This document shows, one piece after another, positions 58,052 through 64,000 of a DNA stretch of 64,000 nt. Positions within the stretch are counted from its first letter, which is position 1; each line of letters starts with the position of its first letter. This stretch comes from Candidatus Bathyarchaeota archaeon (GTDB lineage: Archaea > Thermoproteota > Bathyarchaeia > TCS64): contig CAVYVF010000002.1 in assembly GCA_963771885.1 (NCBI GenBank), forward strand, positions 96,001 to 160,000, written 5' to 3'. The position numbers and the translations under genes were made by a program. The notes under the pieces were generated by a model. It was not told where the DNA came from. It ran no database searches and saw nothing but the letters and a program-made list of their open reading frames with translations.

Positions 58052-59842
58052 CTAATTGACTCGCCTGATCGCAACGCCTGGAGTAGCGCCGGTGTGCTTA
58101 CCATTCGAAAGGACTGGGACGCCGTTCACGAGGACGTAGACTATCCCTTTCGGGTATCTCCTAGGCTCCACAGCGTCGCCTGTTACCTCGAGTTTGTCGT
58201 AGTCGAAGATAGTGATGTCGGCTATGCTCCCAGGGGTTATCCTGCCCCTACCCTTGAGGAAGTGATTGTCGGCAGCTTGTGTACTAATGACGCGTATCGC
58301 CTGCTCGAGTGTGAAGAGCTTGTGCTTCTTGACGAACTCGTTAATGAAGCCGGGGAAGGCGGCGAACGTGTTGTTCCCAGGGATGTTGTAGGGGGGTGTC
58401 TTCTGCTCCCGTGTTGTGTCGACTACGGTCTGGTCGAGGCTGAGGGCGCAGACCGGGTGTTGGAAAAATAATGCGCGGAAGGGCTTCTGTGGGAAGCTGC
58501 CCGTCTCTGCTACACCCACGGCGACTCCTCTGCTGTCTGGGTCTTCGCAGATGAGATCGAAGTAGGTCTCAAGCGGGTTCTTGCTCCTCTCCTTAGCGAT
58601 CTGGGCGACGTGCTTCCCTGCGAGCCCCTTGTCCTTGTGTTTTGTGACCCAGATGTTCTCCGCCCACTGGGGGTTGCTGTTCGGGTTGTAGGCGAGGCGT
58701 ATGAACCACTTGCCCGTCTGGATGTCGTCTATTACCTCCTTCCGATAGTCGGGTACTCTGAGCCACTCTGCGAGCTTCTTGCGGCTACCCTGTTCCTTGA
58801 GCCAGGGCGTGAGAAGGCTGCATAGGTAAGGCATGACACTGAAGCCCCCGAGAATGAACCAGGGCATATGGTCGAATGTTAATTGTAGTCCCTCGGCGCG
58901 TGCGTCGTCTATGTACTTGAGAGTACGTCGGTAGTTCGCCTCCTCCATGTCGTCATCCCCCTCGGGGACCAGACGCCACGCGGGGGTGAGGTGAGCGAGG
59001 TTCGTTGGTACGCCCGTCTTCCTGCAAGTGTCGATTGATTCGAGGATGCCATCGAGCTTGTTGGGTCGGTAGTCCCCCGCTTTCACGTCCCTGCGGCGCC
59101 CCGTCCTTCTCCAGTGGGGGCAGTAGACGCTGTTTGGGTACTCTTTGAGGATGGAGACACATGCGTTGATCTCTTCCATGCTCGCCCAGACGCCGGGGTC
59201 GTAGTCGAGTCCCGTGCTCAGTCCGATGCAGCCCTCGTCCATGGCGGATTTGATGTAGCCCTTGATGCCCTCGATCTCCTCCGGCTTGGCGTGGCGCTTG
59301 TAGTCCTCGCCCATGACCATGTATCGGGCATTTCCCTGACCTACGAGTGGCGCCGCGTTGACTGAGACCTTTCCGTCCACCCTCTTGAACCACTCAGCCA
59401 TAGTGTGCCAGTTTACGGTCCACCCGAACCTCTCCTTCATCAGCTTGTTTACCGTCTCGCGGGGAAGGAGGTCCTTCTCCGGGTAGAACTTGTGGGGCAT
59501 CAACTCGTCGAGGTAGTCACCGGCTATCCCGGGGAGCTTCATTAAGTCGCCAACTGGGGCGGGTGAGCCACCGCACTCTCCGCCGACGAAGGTAGTGACC
59601 CCCTGATAGACGTAGCTCTCCGCCTTTGGGTAGAAGAGTATGGTTGTGTCGCTGTGGCTATGGGCGTCTATCCAGCCTGGGCTGGCGTAAAGTCCCTTCG
59701 CGTCTATGGTTTTCTTCGCGTCTCCCTTGACCTCGCCGAGGGCGGCGATCTTTCCTTTGGATACACCTATCGAGCCAGAGTAGGCGGGCTTGCCCGAGCC
59801 GTCGATGACCCGGGCGTTCTTAACCAGAACGTCGTACTCCAT
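58052..59842 (-). CDS. N-acyl-D-amino-acid deacylase (D-aminoacylase) family
   Basis: PGWIDAHSHSD, QGVTT...G.CG.S, GLSTGL.Y, ADITIFD and VLVNG motifs. Confidence 0.88.
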   Translation of the reverse strand: MEYDVLVKNARVIDGSGKPAYSGSIGVSKGKIAALGEVKGDAKKTIDAKGLYASPGWIDAHSHSDTTILFYPKAESYVYQGVTTFVGGECGGSPAPVGDLMKLPGIAGDYLDELMPHKFYPEKDLLPRETVNKLMKERFGWTVNWHTMAEWFKRVDGKVSVNAAPLVGQGNARYMVMGEDYKRHAKPEEIEGIKGYIKSAMDEGCIGLSTGLDYDPGVWASMEEINACVSILKEYPNSVYCPHWRRTGRRRDVKAGDYRPNKLDGILESIDTCRKTGVPTNLAHLTPAWRLVPEGDDDMEEANYRRTLKYIDDARAEGLQLTFDHMPWFILGGFSVMPYLCSLLTPWLKEQGSRKKLAEWLRVPDYRKEVIDDIQTGKWFIRLAYNPNSNPQWAENIWVTKHKDKGLAGKHVAQIAKERSKNPLETYFDLICEDPDSRGVAVGVAETGSFPQKPFRALFFQHPVCALSLDQTVVDTTREQKTPPYNIPGNNTFAAFPGFINEFVKKHKLFTLEQAIRVISTQAADNHFLKGRGRITPGSIADITIFDYDKLEVTGDAVEPRRYPKGIVYVLVNGVPVLSNGKHTGATPGVAIRRVN

Positions 59843-59921
59843 GGAGTGTGAGCGTGGCTCGGATTTATAGGGTCTCGGGTCCCCGGAAGGGATTTAACCG
59901 GTCTCGACGGCTCTGCTCAGT

Positions 59922-61076
59922 ATGAATAGGGACATCGTGACCTTCGGCGTCCTCGGTGCGGCGCACTCCCTCAACCATAGCCTATTCCTCGTGCTCCCGC
60001 CGTTGCTCAGCAACATCGCCACCAGCCTTAATGTGAGCTTCCAGACGCTTGGGCTCGTCGCGACGGTCACATTCCTCATCTACGGAACGGGCGCACTCGC
60101 GGGTGGCCCACTCTCGGATATGATTGGAAGCGTCAAGGTCGCACGGATCAGCGTCGGTTTAGCCGGTGTCTCGAGCCTCCTGTTCCTCGTCTGCACGGAG
60201 ATCTACGTGTTCTCTGCAGCTATGTTCCTGATGGCTCTCTGGGCGAGTTTCTACCACCCGACGGCGAACAAGCTTATCGCTCAAGCTTTCCCGAAGGCGC
60301 CTGGGAACGCGATGGGCATACACAATGCAGCGGGAAACGCTGGGCAGGTGCTGACGCCGACAGTTGCCTTCCTGCTAGGCGTAACAGTCGACTGGAGATT
60401 CAGCTTCGTCTTCTTCGGCGTCCTAAGTATCGTTACCGCACTCGTAATGAACAAGATAGTGATAGCCGAGGATGCCCCGACGGGGATGAAGAAGCTGGAG
60501 ATCAGGGAGTTCCTTAAAATACCCAATCTCTGGATGCTGCTCCTTTTCAACGCCTTCGTCGGCTTCATCTTCAGGGGCGTCGAGGTCTACTTTCCTACTT
60601 ATCTCCGCCTCGGTGAGGGGTATACTGGCGAGTTCGCTGCCGTCAGTAGCTCCCTAATACTCTTCTTTGGGATCGCTGGACAGCTCATCGGCGGGAGGGG
60701 ATCGGATAAACTGGGGCCTACGAAGCTGGTCCTAGGTTCAGTTGCCTTCGTGTTCGCTTCCCTGCTTCTCCTACTCCTTCTCCCGACCAGCTATGTGTCC
60801 GTGGTCGCTTTCACCTTTATCTATGGCGTGGCGGTCTTCGCCCACCAGCCCTCGATGACGAATCTGATTAGCAGGGTTACTCCCCGCAGCCTTATGGGGC
60901 TGAGTTTTGGGGTGATGTTCTTCTTCAGCTTTGGAGTCGGTTCGATTGCCGCTGCAGTGCTGGGCTGGTTGACCGACGGATACGGGGTCGTGATAGCGTT
61001 CTGGTCGAACGCCGTCGTCTCTGCGGCGCTACTCCTCCTCACGCTACTAATCTACAGGACGTTCAGGAACGCGTGA
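59922..61076 (+). CDS. MFS transporter
   Basis: 12-TM pattern; GPLSD..G and SFYHP motifs. Confidence 0.88.
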   Translation: MNRDIVTFGVLGAAHSLNHSLFLVLPPLLSNIATSLNVSFQTLGLVATVTFLIYGTGALAGGPLSDMIGSVKVARISVGLAGVSSLLFLVCTEIYVFSAAMFLMALWASFYHPTANKLIAQAFPKAPGNAMGIHNAAGNAGQVLTPTVAFLLGVTVDWRFSFVFFGVLSIVTALVMNKIVIAEDAPTGMKKLEIREFLKIPNLWMLLLFNAFVGFIFRGVEVYFPTYLRLGEGYTGEFAAVSSSLILFFGIAGQLIGGRGSDKLGPTKLVLGSVAFVFASLLLLLLLPTSYVSVVAFTFIYGVAVFAHQPSMTNLISRVTPRSLMGLSFGVMFFFSFGVGSIAAAVLGWLTDGYGVVIAFWSNAVVSAALLLLTLLIYRTFRNA

Positions 61077-61584
61077 GGTAGCTGAGGACGCCGGCGACGG
61101 TTTTCGCGTCTTCTATCATGTTCTTCTCAATCATGTCGAGGAGCTCGTCGCAGCCGTAGGCCTCGGTGGTTATATCCTCGTCCTCCTCGGTACTCTTCTC
61201 GCCCTGCTTGAGGGTTGTTGCGAAGAAGATGTGTATTAGCTCATTGCTGTAGCCGGGGGCGACGTAGAGGCTGATTACCTTCTTCATGTAGCCGGCGGTG
61301 TAGCCCGTTTCCTCGCGTAGTTCCCTGCGTGCGCAGGTATCGGGGGCCTCGCCCTCCTCAAGTGTTCCCGCGGGTATCTCAAGGAGCTCTTTGCCCGTCG
61401 CGTACCTGAACTGCTTGACTAGTAGGATGCGTCCATCGTCGAGGATTGGTACTATCGCTACGGCGCCGGGGTGGTCGACGATGTCCCGCGTCACGGTTTT
61501 CCCAGTCGGGAGCTGGACTTCGTCGGTCTTGAAGCTGAAGTGCTTGCCCTTTTGGAGGAGCTTGGAGTTTATTGTCTTCTCCAT
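61063..61584 (-). CDS. NUDIX hydrolase (ADP-ribose pyrophosphatase-like)
   Basis: PAG.....E.....ARRELREETG Nudix box; DAKT. Confidence 0.92.
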   Translation of the reverse strand: MEKTINSKLLQKGKHFSFKTDEVQLPTGKTVTRDIVDHPGAVAIVPILDDGRILLVKQFRYATGKELLEIPAGTLEEGEAPDTCARRELREETGYTAGYMKKVISLYVAPGYSNELIHIFFATTLKQGEKSTEEDEDITTEAYGCDELLDMIEKNMIEDAKTVAGVLSYLTRS

Positions 61585-61590
61585 GTTGGG

Positions 61591-62205
61591 CTATGTGGAC
61601 GCTTCTGTGGTTATGAACCTGTCTAGGCGCTGCAGAGCGCCCTGGTGGGTCTGCTGTAGAGTCCTCTGGGCGAGCTGAGAGACGGCGCCGTCGACTTGAA
61701 AGCGGGGGAGCTCACGGTAGATGGGGTGCTTAAGGACTCGCAGCCCGGTTATCTTGTATGGTCTGTCGGGGTGGTCGTCTGCGTGCTCGCAGCTCCACTT
61801 GTGCTTATTGTACTCGATGAGGCCGACACCTCTCGGGACCTCTGATGGGGCGAGGAGGCGCAGGGGTGTGAGGATGTAGTGGTAGTTGCAGCCGCTACAG
61901 GCGAAGCCGGCGCGGAAGTCGCCGCGTGTTACCTTGACCTCGATGCCGCGGAGGACGCACTCCCCTGCTTCTGATCCGGCGAGGGATGCTGGGTCGAAGT
62001 CGTCTGAGCCCTCTGACTTCCCGTTCTCAGCCCTGAAGCGCAGCCCCACGCCAACGGCGTCGACGACGGTCTTGTTGTCGAACTCCGTGTAACGGCGGAG
62101 CCCGACCTGGCTGAGGGCAACCTCGGTGTCTGCGAGGAAGCAGCCCTGGTTTAGGAGCCAGAGGACGGCGATGTTCTTCAGGTGTTTGTGCTCGGGGGAC
62201 TCCAT
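61591..62205 (-). CDS. PD-(D/E)XK-like (MmcB-type) hypothetical nuclease
   Basis: H..LK...WL, EV...DAVG...IEVKVTR.DF, Y...P and GLI motifs. Confidence 0.6.
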   Translation of the reverse strand: MESPEHKHLKNIAVLWLLNQGCFLADTEVALSQVGLRRYTEFDNKTVVDAVGVGLRFRAENGKSEGSDDFDPASLAGSEAGECVLRGIEVKVTRGDFRAGFACSGCNYHYILTPLRLLAPSEVPRGVGLIEYNKHKWSCEHADDHPDRPYKITGLRVLKHPIYRELPRFQVDGAVSQLAQRTLQQTHQGALQRLDRFITTEAST

Positions 62206-62314
62206 GAGGGTCTTCAGCTTCCCCGCTGAGATATTTAAGCGGATTAGGACTCAAGTTGTGTGAGACGCATGAAAGTGGCGGAGGTTTCTTCACTTACTGA
62301 GGCGTTCAACCATT

Positions 62315-64000
62315 ATGGGCTCCTTACGCTTTGTTAAGGATGAGGTGACCGCCGAGCACGGTATGGTCACAGCGTCAACTCCCCCCTCTGCCGAAGCAGG
62401 ACTCGCTATACTCAAGGCTGGTGGAAACGCCTTCGACGCCGGCGTCGCCATGGGCTTCTGCAACACTGTCCTAGAGCCCTACCTCGCTGGGCTCGGCGGA
62501 CTAGGCTTCATGGTAGCTTTCTCTGTCGAAGAGGGCAAAGCTATCTCAATCGACTTCAACACGCGTGCACCGAGAGCGGCGCGCCCAGACATGTTCAAGG
62601 TCATTAGCGAAGCAGCGGCGGGTGGCACAAAGATATTCGAAGTCGAAGGGAACGCGAATAGCGTCGGAGGATTGGCCCTTACGATTCCAGCGACATGCGC
62701 CGGCTTCCTCAAGGCTCACGAGCTATACGGCCGTCTTCCCCTCTCCGACGTGGTCGAGCCAGCACGAAGGCTTGCGGAGGAAGGATTCATTCTCGGCTGG
62801 GACCAAATGATCGTGCTCGCCACGCTCGCGAGGGAGAGCCACCGATGCCCCGCGATAGACGACGTGTGGCTTCCCGGCGGCTTCCCCGCGGCTCCTGGCA
62901 CCCGGATAATTCAGAGCGATCTCGCCCGCCTTCTGGGAAAGATCGCCGCCGAGGGGCGGGACGCCCTATACTCGGGGGAGGTGGCTGAGAAGGTCGAGGA
63001 AGCCGTTCAAGCAGCGGGCGGCATAATGACTGCCGAGGACCTGGAAGGCTATGAGCCAGTCGTCGGGCAGCCGATTCGCATCGGGTACCGGGAATTGGAG
63101 TTCGCCACGACATCCACCCCAAGCGGTGGCGTCACCATACTTGAAGCGCTGAAGATACTGGAGGGCTACGACCTAACGGCGATGGGACACAACTCTAGTG
63201 AGTACCTCCACATGCTTGTCGAGGCGAGCCGGCATGCCTTCGCGGATAGATACAGCATGCTCGGCGACTGGGAGCACACCGACGTCCCGCTGCAGGGAAT
63301 GCTGAGCGACGCATACTCCGGGGAGATACGTAGCCTCATCGATGACAAGGCGAAGTTTAGCACATCGGGATCGGAGCCCTGGGTAGGCTACCTCGCCAAC
63401 CCGATCCACGACCCTTGGGTGCACGAGGGAAGGCGCAGACCGAAAGGCGCAGGCGTCGCCTCCTCAAGCCCCCGATTAGGGGAGACGAGCCACTTCAACG
63501 CAGTCGACTCCGAGGGCAACGCAGTCGCCTGCACTCACACACCCGGCTTTCAGGCAGGCGTAGTTCCCGAGGGCACCGGCCTCTACCTCACCGCCGCCAT
63601 GGGCTGGTTTATACCCGCCCTTGGTTACCCAAACAGCGTCGCGCCGTGGAAGCGCCCCGTAATGAACATGGGGCCACTGCTCGTCCTCAGGGATGGGGTA
63701 CCCCTGCTCGTCGAGGGTGCACCGGGGAGTAGGAGGATAATCGAGAGGAACCTGCAGGTCGCCCTAAACATGGTCGAGTTCGGTATGGGGCCGCAGGAGG
63801 CGATCGCCTCCCCCACGGTCGACGCGAGCGGACTAGACACGCTCGTCGATGGCAGGATAAGCCACGGCGCCATAACCGACCTCATAAAGAGGGGGCACAG
63901 GGTCAAGGTGGTCGAAGAAGGCCCCGGGCTTAGCCACTTCGCACGCCCATCCGCCATACTAATCGAAGAGGAGCATCTCCGCGGTGGCGTCGACCTATAC
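62315..64000 (+). CDS. ggt: Gamma-glutamyltransferase (runs off window end)
   Basis: Manual translation from ATG 62315: GGNAFDA, GLGG.GF, IDFN..AP, autocatalytic ETSHF, and N...P.KRP. No stop in the window. Confidence 0.9.
   Translation, partial: MGSLRFVKDEVTAEHGMVTASTPPSAEAGLAILKAGGNAFDAGVAMGFCNTVLEPYLAGLGGLGFMVAFSVEEGKAISIDFNTRAPRAARPDMFKVISEAAAGGTKIFEVEGNANSVGGLALTIPATCAGFLKAHELYGRLPLSDVVEPARRLAEEGFILGWDQMIVLATLARESHRCPAIDDVWLPGGFPAAPGTRIIQSDLARLLGKIAAEGRDALYSGEVAEKVEEAVQAAGGIMTAEDLEGYEPVVGQPIRIGYRELEFATTSTPSGGVTILEALKILEGYDLTAMGHNSSEYLHMLVEASRHAFADRYSMLGDWEHTDVPLQGMLSDAYSGEIRSLIDDKAKFSTSGSEPWVGYLANPIHDPWVHEGRRRPKGAGVASSSPRLGETSHFNAVDSEGNAVACTHTPGFQAGVVPEGTGLYLTAAMGWFIPALGYPNSVAPWKRPVMNMGPLLVLRDGVPLLVEGAPGSRRIIERNLQVALNMVEFGMGPQEAIASPTVDASGLDTLVDGRISHGAITDLIKRGHRVKVVEEGPGLSHFARPSAILIEEEHLRGGVDLY

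Noticed and set aside
62479..63957. Short ORFs listed at the window end (and similarly at 720-1138)
   Set aside because: They are shadow frames of the truncated GGT and GT2 genes.

Overview
Archaeal chromosomal segment, most likely from a Bathyarchaeia-type anaerobic heterotroph. This is inferred from archaeal UPF0200/UPF0201 genes, MvhAG-HdrA, TATA boxes about 25-30 nt upstream of leaderless starts, and a Bathyarchaeia-style integrase tail. The flanks are rich in peptide and amino-acid scavenging genes: four M19 dipeptidase homologues, CoA-transferase, FabH, alanine racemase, D-aminoacylase, cyclic amidohydrolase, M24 peptidase, PuuD-like hydrolase, arginase-like protein, GGT and transporters. 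The centre (about 24-46 kb) is a redox supercluster. It holds a 2-oxoacid:ferredoxin oxidoreductase, MvhGA plus two different HdrA-MvhD fusions with no hdrBC, three stand-alone Lrp ligand-binding proteins, NfnAB and NADP-type glutamate dehydrogenase. Transcribed divergently from these last genes is a six-gene Ech-type [NiFe] hydrogenase whose EchD subunit is fused to a GltD/NfnB-like FAD/NADPH module, the best candidate for an undescribed system. tRNA-Arg(GCG) is followed by a decayed integrase tail and an iteron-like repeat tract. Five single-base frameshifts in short homopolymers look like sequencing errors.
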